Shown here: piece by piece, positions 46,208-57,783 of the stretch
How positions within the stretch are numbered: the stretch's first letter is position 1
Layout: every line of letters starts with the position of its first letter
Origin: an uncultured Thermoplasmata archaeon
GTDB lineage: Archaea; Thermoplasmatota; Thermoplasmata; Lutacidiplasmatales; UBA184
Direction: 5' to 3'
Assembly (NCBI GenBank): GCA_963749205.1
Contig: CAVVLW010000009.1
Coordinates: 53,622 to 117,621, forward strand
Length of the DNA stretch: 64,000 nucleotides
The notes under the pieces: generated by a model
What the model saw: the letters and a program-made list of their open reading frames with translations, nothing else
Database searches by the model: none
Told to the model about the DNA's origin: nothing
Translations under genes and position numbers: made by a program

Positions 46208-49200
46208 CTAGGTTGGGGGTGTGACCGGAGCGAACTCCACGGCGACCAGCCGGCGGTCTCTCTTCACTTCGATCGAGCCGGACGACGGGGTCGCGGTGTA
46301 GTCCCTCACCGGGGCGACTTTGAAGGAGTGCGCGCCATCCGCAACATGGAACTCGATCGTAGAGCCGGTCGAGTTCTGAAGCTCCCCGTCCAGCGTCACC
46401 GACCACGAGGTCCCGCCAGGGAGCCCCGATTCCGTGAACACGAGGGGATACCGGTGCCGCCGAGCCACCAAGAAAAAGAAGATGAGGAGGAGCGAGGCGA
46501 TGATGAGCCCGCCGATCAACGCGAGGTCGGTGCTCGAGAGACCGCCGAGGCCGGACGAACCGGGGGTCGAAGTGGATTGGGCCGTGAAGCCGATCTGTAC
46601 TTCCTTGTTAGCTCCGGAAACGACCACAGACCCCGAGGTTACGTTCGCGTTGTAGCCCGTCACGGTGCCCACGGTGAAGTCGTAGGTCCCGTCCGCCTCG
46701 GCCTCCGCGATGGTCGCGGTTGGCTCGGTGAGGAGCGTGCCGGCTAGAGTAACCGACCAGCTCGTTCCCGACGGGAGACCCGTCTCTACGAATGTGATGA
46801 GGTAGGTCCCCGGCGGCGTGGCCGTGAAGGTGGCGGTGATGGTGCCGGTCGCCGATATCGTTACGGTGGTCGCGGACGAAGTGAGGGAGGCGACGGTGCC
46901 TGCCGGTACTGCTCCACGAGGTGAAGGTCTCCCCGGTGCACGTGACCGCATCGAGAGAGTAGGGGCCCGACACGACACCGGTCGCCTGTTCACCGTTCGT
47001 GTACGGGTTCCCGTTGAACATCAGCGAGCACGTCGAGGGGACGACGTCGATCGTGACGGTGTATCCTGTAATGGTCGCCGTGAAGGTACCTGTCACGGTG
47101 CCGTTGGCGGAGACCAGAATGCTCGTGGACGCTGAGGTCGGCGAAGTGACCGCACCCGCCGTGCTGCTCCAACCGCTGAACGTCTCGCCGGTGCAGGTCG
47201 GGGCAACGAGCGAGTAGCTTCCGGCAGCGACGCCCGCGGCCTGTTGACCGTTGGTGTAGAGGACGCCGTTGAAGGTGATGGAGCAGGAGGTGGGAACCGT
47301 TTGGAACGTCACGGTGTAGGTGGAGGACGAGATTCTGGTGCCCGGGTCGATGAACACCACCGACCCCGAATCATAGTTGGAGACGAATGCCTCCCCCGAA
47401 GATGCATCGACCGCGATGCCAAAGGGACGTTGGCCAACTGTCAGGTTGACGAGGGCCCCGGAAGTCACGTTGACCTCCGTCACAACGTTTGCGTCATAGC
47501 CGCCGTTGGTTTCGTTGTACGGTTGCGGAGCGTAGAGGAGACCGTTGACCGGATCCGATGCCAGGTAGAGGCTGTCGTGATAGAGATTGATGCTCCCGAC
47601 GGCTGACTGGGAACCTGGATCCCACTCCTGGATCACGAACGTAGGCCCGTTCGTGTCTTCAATGTAAATCAAGCCCGTCAGTGCGTCGTACGCGGCTCCA
47701 AACGGCTGGTCGAAGGCGAGGTCGGTTTCCCCGACGAGGGTATTCGATGCGACCGTGTAGACTGCCCCGTAGAGCTCCCCCGCGACTTGTCCAACGAAGT
47801 AAAGGTCCCCGGTGGTCGGGTCGTACATCGCCGCGCCCGGAGGCAGACCCGGGAGGGCGATGTTGGTCACCGTCGCGTTCGTCGCGGGGTTGATGACGGT
47901 GACGTTCCCGTTTCCTGCGGTTCCTCCGTTCCCCACGTAGAGGTACCCGTTCGCCGGGTCGTACGTCAGCGTGAATGGTTCCACCCCGACCGGGATCGAT
48001 CCCGTGGCCACGAAGGTACGGGCGTTGAACACCGTCAGGTTGTCCACGTGGCCGGCCGGCGGGGGCCCAAAGTTCGCGATGTACCCATATCCGGTATTCG
48101 GGTCGACCCAAACGGCGCGCGGGTCAACCCCCGCCGGAACGTAGGCGACGATCTTCCCCGTGCTGGGGTCGATTACCGAAGCATTCCCGTAGGTCCCGAT
48201 TCCGGGCAGGGGCACGAAGAGATACCCCGTCAACGGGTCGAAGTAGCTCTGCCCGAACGGATTGACCGTGGACACGGGCTGTCCCACGACCTTAAGGGTC
48301 GACGACATCAAGACGAACCCCGAGGAATCCCCCGCCTGTACTCCGGCGAGCAAGAGTCGCCCGCTTCCGGAGGAGTAGGCAATGCCGGTGTCCTGGCCCG
48401 GAAGGGCCGGAGAGGATGCGACCCATCGGTGAGTGGCAGGGTCCAGCTCGGTGACGTTGTAGTTCGGATAGTCGGTGACGACGTAGACCATGCCGTTGTC
48501 CGGATCGAAGGTCGATGCCGAAGCTACCGCCGGCCCTGCCGAGAGGGAGAGCGTGGGGCCCAAGGTGTTCGTCGCGAGGTCGACGGCCGAGGTATTGATT
48601 CCCCACGGCACGTAGAGTTCGTCCGTCTTCCAGTCGACTGCGGGGACCCCGGGGTAGACGTCGGGCGCCGGTAGCGTGATCGTCTTCCAGACGGTGTCGT
48701 TGTTCGGACCGATGAACTGAATGAAGGGGTAGTTGGCATAGTTTTGCCCCGCTTGGTACACCTCGCCCGTTTGATTGTCATAGACGACATCCATCGCCCC
48801 GGCCGCAGCGCTGATCAGCACGGTGGCGTCGTTGGCAATGTTCACATCATAGACGCCGTAGCAGGGCGAGGCGAGGAAGAGGTGCCCGCTCGAGTTGTTG
48901 ACGGCCACCGACCCGTCCACGCAACTGGAGGTCGGCAAGGCGAGAGAGCCGACGACCGCGTTCGTGCTCGGGTCGACGACGGAGATATTGTTCGAGTCGT
49001 GGTTAGCCACGTAGAGCAGGCCGTTGCTCGAGTCGAAGGCGACCCCGTCCGGGTGTAGCCCCACGGGGAAGAGCCGGACGAGGCTGTCCGTCGCGGGAGA
49101 GATCGCGGCGAGATACCCCGCGTAGATCCCGCTCGTGTTAAATGTCACGTTGGAAACGGTCTCATAGAAGAGATTCGTGCTCGGGTCATACGCCGGAGTC

Positions 49201-49499
49201 GTCCCCGAATCGAGCCCGCCTCCTCCGGACACGGCGGTATCGACCGATCGGTAGAGCCCCGAATACACGGTATTGTTGATCAAGACCGTGGTCTGACCGA
49301 CGCTCGGGGGCACGGGTGAGACCGACGGCCCCACTCGAGACGGCACCGGGGAACTTCCTGAAGCGGGAGCGGACGTCGCGGAGTTGAGCCCCTGGGGGAC
49401 CGAGTGAGTGGAAACGGAAGCGCTGGACGTCGGGACGGTCACAAGAACGATGAGGACAAGAACAACGGCCGACCAGGGGGTCAACCGGTGAGACCGCAT
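46208..49499 (-). CDS. large YncE/YVTN beta-propeller surface protein with Cys-containing repeats, thermopsin-type repeats and TM anchor
   Basis: Signal peptide, many YDP..G.LYV repeats, two TVP..C...C.GETF..W repeats; frameshift near 46905. Confidence 0.85.
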
Positions 49500-50050
49500 C
49501 GCGCCGCGGAACGGTGGGGGGCTAAATAGCCTTCTTAGCAGGTTAACAGAGACCTCACGCACTCACGAGGATCCTCGGACGAAGCCCCTGGCGCCGGAGA
49601 ACGCCGCCGGCGGATCCTCCGCGTCGCTTCGGCGTCGTGCTCCGAGACGACGACCCGTCCCAGGCCCCCATCTGAAGAACGCGACGGCCGTCCGGCGACG
49701 GGCAGCGCCATCGTTCGCGAGAGGGGGAGATCGGTGTGCCGGGCGAGATCTAAGTGATTGGTGTCGGTAGAGTTCGCTCCGGCGACCGCCCTCCTTCCCC
49801 CCTGAGGGGCCTCCCTACACCCTCGGGAGGACCTATCGGTCCCCGCCCCCACTCCGCAGGCCTGCAAGCTTGCACCGAGCACGAGCGGGCCGTAAAAGGT
49901 TCCCCGCGACCCCGGGTATCGGTGAGTGGCCCGCAGCCGGGTCAGGGGCCCCGATATCCACGATATCGGGGGGGTGGGTTCCCGTAGCCACAGCCTTTCG
50001 AGAGAGGGAGAGAGACCGCAGGGTATCGGTGGGTGCTCCACACCCCCGAC

Positions 50051-50102
50051 TGTTTAACGAAAAGTGCACAATAGTTAAATATTAGTTATATTGTGTTAAA
50101 CA
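50051..50102. promoter_or_regulatory. AT-rich nested inverted repeat (candidate promoter/operator)
   Basis: TGTTTAAC...GTTAAACA and CACAATA...TATTGTG flank TTAAATATTAGTTA directly before an RHH gene. Confidence 0.55.
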
Positions 50103-50503
50103 TCGTGCGAACTGCTCGGGCCGACGCTCCCGCGACTCGATTTCTCGGCGTGCGCCTCACCCTGGAAGAAGAGTCGCTCCTCGAACAGTTCCGGTCGACG
50201 AACGAACTCCCCAATCGCTCTGAAGCGGTCCGGGCGCTGGTGCGCGGGGCGACGGATGCTCGTCCCGACGATGTCAGCGTTCCGGCGACGCTGCGGAACG
50301 AACTCGAGGAGTTGGTCGAGGACGGATATGCCCAGGATCTCGACAGCGCGGTGACGCTGGTCCTGACCCTTGGGCTCGGGGAGGTCGGGCGGATCCACGC
50401 GGAACGGCTGGCGGCGCTGCGCGAGTACGCGCGCTCCTCGGCCGGGCGGCGGGAGGGACGTCGACGGGCGGATCGCGAGGGTCGGGGGCTCCTCGGGCGC
50501 TAG
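50093..50503 (+). CDS. ribbon-helix-helix (CopG-like) regulator with tandem RHH-like units
   Basis: FLGVRLT.EE..LL...NRSEAVRALV, then VSVP..L..EL..LV..GY. True start may be GTG 50106. Confidence 0.75.
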   Translation: MLNIVRTARADAPATRFLGVRLTLEEESLLEQFRSTNELPNRSEAVRALVRGATDARPDDVSVPATLRNELEELVEDGYAQDLDSAVTLVLTLGLGEVGRIHAERLAALREYARSSAGRREGRRRADREGRGLLGR

Positions 50504-50530
50504 GCCTTCAACACGGGGTTGGGTTGCAAC

Positions 50531-50758
50531 ATGGAGACAATAGGGAAGGCGTGGAGCGAGCGGAGTGGATTCATTTGCCGACTGTGCCGACAGGACGCCA
50601 AGCATAATGAGGTGCTGCACATCTCGTTCTGTCCCGTACACGGTCTGAGCTCTCCGCTCGATGCGCTCCCGTGGCGGCCGGAGATGAGAGTATCCCGCGT
50701 CTCTACACCCGGACCGGCGACCGAGGCACGACGGGTCTCGCCGGTGGTGCGCGGGTAG
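50531..50758 (+). CDS. small zinc-finger-like protein
   Basis: CRLC...HISFCPVH; 3' part overlaps the next gene. Confidence 0.45.
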   Translation: METIGKAWSERSGFICRLCRQDAKHNEVLHISFCPVHGLSSPLDALPWRPEMRVSRVSTPGPATEARRVSPVVRG

Positions 50759-51250
50759 ACAAGGACTCCCCCCGCATCCGCGCCTACGGGACCTTCGACG
50801 AGCTGGGCTCCCAGCTCGGCCTCGCCGAGGCGGAGCTTCCGGACTCCGCTCGCGGACGCTCCGGGCGACCCTCCTGCGGCTCGAGCACGAGCTCTACATC
50901 GCCCAGACCGAGCTCGCCGTGGCCCCCGGCGTCGAACCGCCGAAGCACCGGATCGAGGTGCGACACGTCCGTCGACTCGAATCGGACATCGACCGGTTCG
51001 ACGCCCTCCACCCTGAGCTGCGCTCCTTCGTTCTACCCCGAGGGTCGAAGCCGGCCGCGCAGCTCCACGCTGGCCCGGACGGTCGCCCGTCGCGCGGAAC
51101 GCGAGCTCTGGACCCTGAATCGCACGCGACCCTCAGCGACCCGAGCTCCTCGAGTGGACGAACCGCCTGAGCGACCTCCTCTTCGCGCTCGCGCTCGCGA
51201 CGAATACGCGCTCGGGGTGGTCGAGCTCGCCGCCGGACTATTCGACCTAG
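50671..51250 (+). CDS. PduO-type ATP:cob(I)alamin adenosyltransferase, frameshifted
   Basis: LYTRTGDRGTT, RIRAYGTFDEL, FVLP, ARTVARRAER, NRLSDLLF. Confidence 0.9.
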
Positions 51251-51272
51251 CGAAGACCGAGGGAGCGTCGTC

Positions 51273-52479
51273 GTGGAGGTCGGCATCGTCGGAAAGCCGA
51301 ACGTCGGGAAGTCGACGTTCTTCAACGCGCTCACGCTTCTCGACGTGCCGATGGCGCCCTACCCGTTCACCACCACGTCGCCGAACCGCGGGGTCGCGGC
51401 GGTCCGCGCGCCCTGCCCGCACGTCGACCGAAGGGCTCCCTGCACCCCCGGGAATGCGAAGTGCGTCGACGGGACCCGCTGGATCCCGGTCAACCTCGTC
51501 GACGTTCCCGGGCCTCGTCCCGGGCGCCCACGAGGGCAAGGGGCTCGGCCATCAGTTCCTCGACGACCTGCGGGCCGCGGACGGGTTCATCCAGGTCGTC
51601 GACCTCTCGGAGGCGACGACGCCGGAGGGCGAGATCGTGTCCCGCCGGGGACCTACGACCCATCGGAGGAGGTCCGACTGGCTCGAGGAGGAGCTCGTCG
51701 CCTGGATCGCCGAGATCCTCTCCCGGGACTTCCTGCGCCACGCCCGCTCCGTCGAGCTCGACGGGCGGGAAGGTCGAGGAGTTCCTGGCCAGCGGCTGAC
51801 GGGCCTCTCGATCTCCCGCGTTCGCGATCTCGCCGCGCTCCGGACCGTCCCCGTCGACCGGCTCCATCCCGCGCGTTGGTCGGACACGACCGCGCGCCCT
51901 GGCGCGCGAGCTCCTGCGCGTCTGCGAAGCCGCGCTGTCGCGGCGAACAAGTGCGACCGGGCGACCCCGGCAGGCGGCGCAGCCCTCACCGAAAGGTCAG
52001 ACCCGATCCCCTGTCGTCCCGACGTCGGCGGAGGCGGAGCTCACGCTCCGCCGGGCCGCCCGCGCCGGTCTGGTCGAGCTACCACTCCGGGGGACCCGAC
52101 GTTCGCGATCCGCGGAGCCGGCCGAGCTCTCGATCGGACAGCAGAACGCGCTCGCGGAGATCCGGTCGATCATGAAGTCGCTGGGGGTCGACGGGCGTCC
52201 AGGCCGCCCTCGAGACGATGGTCTACGAGCGCGCTCCATCAGATCGTGGTCTATCCCGGTCGAGGACGAGACCCACTGGACCGACAGTCGAGGACCGGGT
52301 GCTCCCCGATGCGCTCCTCGTGCCCGCCGGGACGCCCGCCGAGCGAGGTCGCGTACCGCGTCCACACCGACCTCGGGAAGAACTTCATCCGCGCGATCGA
52401 CGGACGCACCCATCGCGCGCTCGCGGCCGACCATCCGGTCGAGCCGAACGCGGTGATCCGGATCGTGGCCCGGAAGTGA
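51273..52479 (+). CDS. ychF: YchF/OBG-family ATPase with TGS domain, frameshifted
   Basis: GIVGKPNVGKST, YPFTT, GAHEGKGLG.QFLDDL, AANK.D, VHTDLG. Confidence 0.9.
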
Positions 52480-52489
52480 GCCGGCGGTC

Positions 52490-53489
52490 GCCCGCTCGGC
52501 GACGCTGGAGCGCCGTCGGAGAGGCTCGCGCCTCTCGCGCCGCTCGGACAGCGAACGGCACCCCACCGGCGCGCGCGATCCGTCGCACGAGCTCGGTCTC
52601 CTTCCCGGGGATCGGGAGGCACGACGATCGAACCTCCGGCGCCCGCGCCGGTGAGCTTCGCGCCATCCGCAGCGGGCGCCGCCGCCTCGAGCAGGTCCTC
52701 GATCCGTGGGATGGGAGACGCCGACCTCCCGCAGGAGCTCCTGGTTCTCGAGAAAGGAGTTCCGCGACCGCGGACCGATCCTCGCGGTCCACCGCCTCGC
52801 ATCCCTCCGTCCGCGCCACCGCCCGGAACTCGCGCGAGCAGCGCGGGCCCATCCGGCTCGGCGAGGCGCTCGCCCACGGCCCGGACGGCCTCGGCGGTGT
52901 AGCGCGGGATCCCGGTGTAGGCGACGACCCAGACCCACCGCGGGTCCGTGACGCGCCGGACCGTCCAGCGTCGCGTCGCCGTCCTCGACGGTCCAGAGTC
53001 GGCGACGCCGATCCGCCGTTGATCGCGAGGAACCCTCCGCCCGACGACGGCCGAGGTGTCGCCCGGGCTCCCGACACCCTGCGCCGCCTCGTTCGACCTC
53101 GAACGCCCGCTCGGCCAGCGTCGGACGGGTCGATCCCCCCGGTCGCCGAGCCGAGCGCGGCGGTCAGCGCCGCGAGAACGCGGCCGAGGAGCCGAGTCCC
53201 GCCGCGCGGGGGACTGCGGGAGATGGCCGCGGACGTCGATCGGCGGTCCGTCGGACCAGAGCGGACGCGAGCGCCCGCGAGAAGTACGGGTTCTCCTCGG
53301 CGGCCCGGGGTCCCCGTTCAACGCGAGACCGACGACGGTCGAACGAAGACCTGGTCGTAGAGGTCGATCGCGAACGACGAGCTCGGGCGCGCCGTGGACG
53401 ACGGCGTGCTCGCCGAAGAGGATGCACTTCCCCGGGGCGCGGACCGCCAGGGGGAGTGAAGCGGCAGGGATCGGGGAGATCTCGGCCAT
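52490..53489 (-). CDS. mvk: mevalonate kinase (GHMP), heavily frameshifted
   Basis: APGKCILFGEHAVVHG, GLGSSAA, QGVGSPGDT, GVSHP, KLTGAGAGG. Confidence 0.85.
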
Positions 53490-54042
53490 CACGCGCCGTC
53501 CGGCCACCCGACCTTCTTCCCCGCGCGCGCGGCACGATCACGCTGGCGAGCCCCGGGCCACGTCGCGTCGTTCGAGGGGAGGCCGAGGAGCCGGGCGAGG
53601 AGGACGGCGAGCGCTGCGACCTCGCTGTGGGGCTGATTCCCGACGGCGACGTTCACGATGCGAGGCGAGTAGAGGTCGGAGGGGACCTTCGCCCCGCCGA
53701 CGACGAGCAGGATCCGCGGGCCCGGCGCAGCCGCGGCGAGACGCGCTCGAGCGGCTGACCGTACATCGTGAGGTGGACGGACAGTCCCGCGAAACGACCG
53801 GACCGACCGCTTCCAGTTCTCGCAACCCACGACCTCGAACGAACCCCCCCACCGTTCGCCCGAGCGCGGCCGACGCGGAGCGGCGAGCGGCGGATCGGGA
53901 GGTTCGAGGCACATGCGCTCCGCGCCGAAGGCTCGAGCGGCGAGGCGAGGTGGGTGGTGAGGCGGGGGTCGCGCCCGCGCGGTGTCCGAGGCGCAGGACC
54001 TCGACGACCTGGGCGTCGCGAACTACGGGCTCGCTGCGGCAT
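53489..54042 (-). CDS. tRNA (cytidine(56)-2'-O)-methyltransferase aTrm56, frameshifted
   Basis: VLRLGHR..RD.RLTTH, WGGSF, VHLTMYG, VVGGAKVP, NVAVGNQPHSEVAALA. Confidence 0.92.
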
Positions 54043-54541
54043 GGAATCGCTCGATCCGATGGCCACGGTACTCGAGCTTGTCGGAGCGCCGCACCAGACC
54101 CTTGAGGCGGGTGGGGGACATCTCGAGCTCCTCGGCCACGTCGGAGAAGAAGCGGCCCTCGGGTCCCCGACGGCGTCGTAGATCCGCTTCTCGAGCTTCG
54201 CGTACTCCTTGTCGGCTCATGCTCGCGATCGCGAGGATCTCGGAGACCTCGGCGAGCGGGCCGAGGTCGTGCTGATGTTGATCGTCGAGTAGTAGAAGTG
54301 GTAGCTCTTGTCGGGCTGATTCCGCCCCTCCCGCGCGACCCAGCGGGTGTCGATGAGCTTCGAGCTTCTCGAAGAAGAGGAGGGCCTTGATCCCCTCCTT
54401 GCCGAACTCCTTCTCGACGTCCTCGTCCGTCAGCCAGGTCTCGCCGAGACGCTGGACGAGCCTGAGCTTCAGCGGGGAGTCGACCGCGCGAAGGATCGAG
54501 ACGAGGTCGCTGACGTCGTTGACGACCTTGATCCGATGCAT
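54023..54541 (-). CDS. ArsR-like winged-helix protein, frameshifted
   Basis: [19 protein letters not shown]...[11 protein letters not shown]; helix-turn-helix-like C-terminus. Confidence 0.65.
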   Translation of the reverse strand: MHRIKVVNDVSDLVSILRAVDSPLKLRLVQRLGETWLTDEDVEKEFGKEGIKALLFFEKLEAHRHPLGRAGGAESARQELPLLLLDDQHQHDLGPLAEVSEILAIASMSRQGVREAREADLRRRRGPEGRFFSDVAEELEMSPTRLKGLVRRSDKLEYRGHRIERFHAAASP

Positions 54542-54559
54542 CGGAGGCCACGAGACTCA

Positions 54560-54746
54560 TCACGCTCCGGTCCCCTCGGGGAGTCGGGTCGCTTCGGTAA
54601 GCACGCACGCGGTACTTCCCGTACCGGTCCTGCGGGGAGAACCGGGCGGGATGGGGGGTCCGCGTCCGGCCGCCGCAGCCGGGGCACTTCTCGTGGAGCG
54701 AGTAGCGGTCGCAGGCGCGACAAACGTGGAGCATCGATTCGGTCAT
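54560..54746 (-). CDS. nop10: H/ACA RNP protein Nop10
   Basis: CRAC.RYSL..KCPGCGG...[16 protein letters not shown]. Confidence 0.92.
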
Positions 54747-55522
54747 GCGCGCGCGAAGGTCCCCTCCCCGCCGGCGGCCTTGATCGACTTGAGCGCAGCC
54801 TCCGTGGCTCGCTTGAGGGTCTCTTCGGCCTGCTTGTATTGGCTCGCGAGACCTGGACGCGGTACTTCGGGGCGCCGACGTACTGGACCTTGACCGCTTC
54901 CGGGTCGATCTCTTCGGCCGCGAGCAAGCGCCTCCCGGACGGCCTCCACGCCGTTCGGGATCGGGTCGGAGACCTCGAGGGTACCCGAGGATCGTGACGT
55001 GCGGAGGAACGATGTTCTCCTCGGCGACCTTCAGGAACGCGGTGACCCAGGCGCCCTCTCCGTTCTCCTGCGGGAACCGCTTCGGCTCGGCCGAGGCGAC
55101 CTCGAAGGCCGGGAACAGGGAACCGTAGCTTTCGATCAAGGTCGTCCCCGAAGAGCTCGCTCGCTTCGTCGGCGGTGATCTTCAGCGCTCCGCGACCGCT
55201 GCGACGAACCGGATCGCGCGCCTCTCGTTCTTCCATTCCTGGATCTTCTCCCGGCGCTGGTGGTCGTTGATCCGTTTGAGCGAAAGGTCGATCTGGCTCT
55301 TCACCGGGTCGATGCTGCAGGACCCGGGCGACGATCTTCTGACCTTCTCGGATGTGGTCACGGATGTACTTGACCCACCCGGTCGCGACCTCGGAAAGGT
55401 GGATGAACGCCTCCCGTCCCGCGATACTCGTCGAGCGTGACGAACGCGCCGAAGTTCCGGATCGAGGTGACGGTCCCGACGACGAGGTCGCCCTCCTCGG
55501 GATATTCTGCTCGGAGGGGCAT
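54743..55522 (-). CDS. eif2a: translation initiation factor aIF2 alpha subunit, frameshifted
   Basis: [42 protein letters not shown]. Confidence 0.93.
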
Positions 55523-55540
55523 CCGCGGTCGGCTTCCGCT

Positions 55541-55717
55541 CTACGCCGTGACGGGGCGGACGAGTTCGCCCCGGAGCTTCGCCTGACCGCCAGTCGGTGT
55601 GGCGAGCGTCGCACCGCAGACCCCGCAGTTGACCACCGTGGCGGGACGGCTGAAGATCGTCTGCTCGGTCGAGCAGTCGGGGCACTTGACGACCCAGAAT
55701 GGAGAGGGACCTCGCAT
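55541..55717 (-). CDS. rps27e: 30S ribosomal protein S27e
   Basis: VKCPDC..EQTIF...[16 protein letters not shown]. Confidence 0.95.
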   Translation of the reverse strand: MRGPSPFWVVKCPDCSTEQTIFSRPATVVNCGVCGATLATPTGGQAKLRGELVRPVTA

Positions 55718-55728
55718 CGGGACTTCGC

Positions 55729-56014
55729 CTAGTGGTGCTCGACGAGTTCGAGGCTGCTCGCGCGCCAGCTCGCGGGCTGGACGATGTACGCGCACTTCTT
55801 GCATCGGAACCTCAGGTTCACCCGTCGGACCGCCTTCGCGCGGCCCTCGGGCTTCGGTCGCGGGAAACCCCCGTAACCCGCAGGTGGCCCGGCGGAAACG
55901 GCGTTGCCCCCACTTCAGCTCGGAGGCCGTGCGCTTCTTGACCTTCTCCACTTCGTGCTCCGTGTGGACCTTGCACTTTGGGCAATACGTGGACACGACC
56001 TTTGGATAGTGCAT
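55729..56014 (-). CDS. rpl44e: 50S ribosomal protein L44e, frameshifted
   Basis: [12 protein letters not shown]...[10 protein letters not shown]. Confidence 0.95.
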
Positions 56015-56029
56015 CGGGGGGCCGCGAGG

Positions 56030-56052
56030 CAGGATACATATATAGGGTTAGA
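56030..56052 (-). promoter_or_regulatory. TATA-box candidate for the L44e operon
   Basis: Minus-strand CCCTATATATGTA about 25-30 nt upstream of the ATG at 56014. Confidence 0.55.
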
Positions 56053-56230
56053 GGCAGCGGTCTTCGGAGGGACCACGGGGCGAGTGGGTTGGAGAGACGG
56101 TACCGCCTCCCACTTTCCCTGAGCGGTCCCGGCGATACCCGCGGGCGGTTCTCGGCGGTGTACCGACGGCGCCCCGTCCGAAGGCTTATGTAGCAAAGCC
56201 TTCTCGGCGGCCGCGCTCCCAGAGGAGAAA

Positions 56231-56872
56231 ATGGCCGATCGACCGTCGACTGGCTGTGGTCACTGAAGCCCTCGGGAAATCTCCCGAGCGCAGGTTTCTC
56301 GGAGATCGGTGGAGGTCTCGGTCAACCTCAAGGAACTCGACCTCACGATCCCCAAGAACCGTCTCGAGGACGAGGTGCAGCTGCCGAACGGACGCGGCAA
56401 GACCGTCAAGGTCGCGGTCTTCGGGTCGCCGGAACTGTGCCAGAAGATGCGAGGGGTCGCCGACCTCGTAGTCCCGGCGAACAGCTCGATGAGTTCGCGA
56501 AGGACAAGAGGGCGGCCAAGAAGGTCGTCGACCGACATCGACTTCTTCCTCGCGGAGGCCCCGCTCATGCCCACGATCGGTAAGCGACTCGGGATCGTGC
56601 TCGGTCCGCGCGGCAAGATGCCCCGACCGGTGCCGCCGGGGAGCGACCCGACGAACCTCGTCAACGCACTCAAGCGGTCCATCCGCATCCGCTCGAAAGG
56701 GAACCGGACGTTCCACGCCCCGGTCGGCACCCGCGGGATGACGCCGGAGCAGATCGCCCAGAACGTGGACGCAGTGCTCGAACGGGTCGTCGGGAAGCTC
56801 GAGCGAGGGCGAACGAACATCGATTCGGTCTACGTCAAGACGACCATGGGCCCTGCCGTCCGGTTGTGGTGA
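56231..56872 (+). CDS. rpl1: 50S ribosomal protein L1, frameshifted
   Basis: VNLKELDL..PKNR, FFLAEAPLMPTIGKRLG.VLGPRGKMP, VKTTMGP. Confidence 0.95.
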
Positions 56873-56882
56873 GGAGAAAACG

Positions 56883-57776
56883 ATGCCCGGTCGAGGTTCC
56901 GTCCCTCCGGAGAAGACTCGCGTCGGTCGACGCGCTCGAAGGCGTGCTCTTTTCGCCGCCCGATGACCGCCATCGTCGGCGTGCGCGGCGTTCCTGCTTC
57001 GGCGCTCCAATCGTATGCGCCGGGAACTTCGCCAACGGGGTCATCCGATTCAGGTCGCTACCAATACGTCCATCCGCTACGCGATCGAGAAGGCGAGCAA
57101 GAAGCGACCGTCCCTCGGAACCGCTGCTCGGGCAGGTCGAGGACCAGACCGCGGTCCTGACCACCCAAGGAAACCCGTTCTCGCTCTTCCAGGGAGTTCT
57201 CCCGGACCCGGTCGCCGACACCGGCGCGCGGCGGCGAGATCGCCCCCACGGACATCGTCGTCCCGGTCGGGCGCAACGAGCTTCAAGCCCGGACCGATCG
57301 TCGGAGAGCTCCAGCACGCCGGATTCCCGGCGGCGATCGAGAAGGGAAAGGTCGTCCTGAAGAAGGAGACCACGATCGTCAAGGCAGGGGGGACGATCTC
57401 CCGGGAGGTCGCCGGGCTGCTCACTCGCCTCGAGATCTTCCCGCTCGAGGTCGGCCTCGAGCTGCGCGCCGTCGTCGACGGGGAGACGTTCTACCCGCCG
57501 TCGGTGCGTCCGTCGACCTCGATGCCCGACGGGCGGACGTCGGCCGCGCCGCCCGGCGCGCCCTCGCGCTCGCGATCGAGATCGGCTACACGACCCCCGA
57601 GACGATCCCGCTCCTGTCACCAAGGCCCACCGACGCGCGCTCGCGCTCGCGGTCGACGGCCGGGTACACGACCAAGGAGACGCTCCGAGCCGCTCTTCGC
57701 GAAGGCGATGCGCGAGGCGGCGGCGGTCCACAAGACTGACAGGCAACTGAGGGTCCACCCCAAAGTCACGGAGTGA
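56883..57776 (+). CDS. rpl10: 50S ribosomal protein L10 (P0), frameshifted
   Basis: [25 protein letters not shown]; located between L1 and L12. Confidence 0.92.
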
Positions 57777-57783
57777 GACAACG

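Noticed and set aside
56050-56231. Absence of rpl11 upstream of rpl1
   Set aside because: L1-L10-L12 transcription units separate from L11 are known in archaea.
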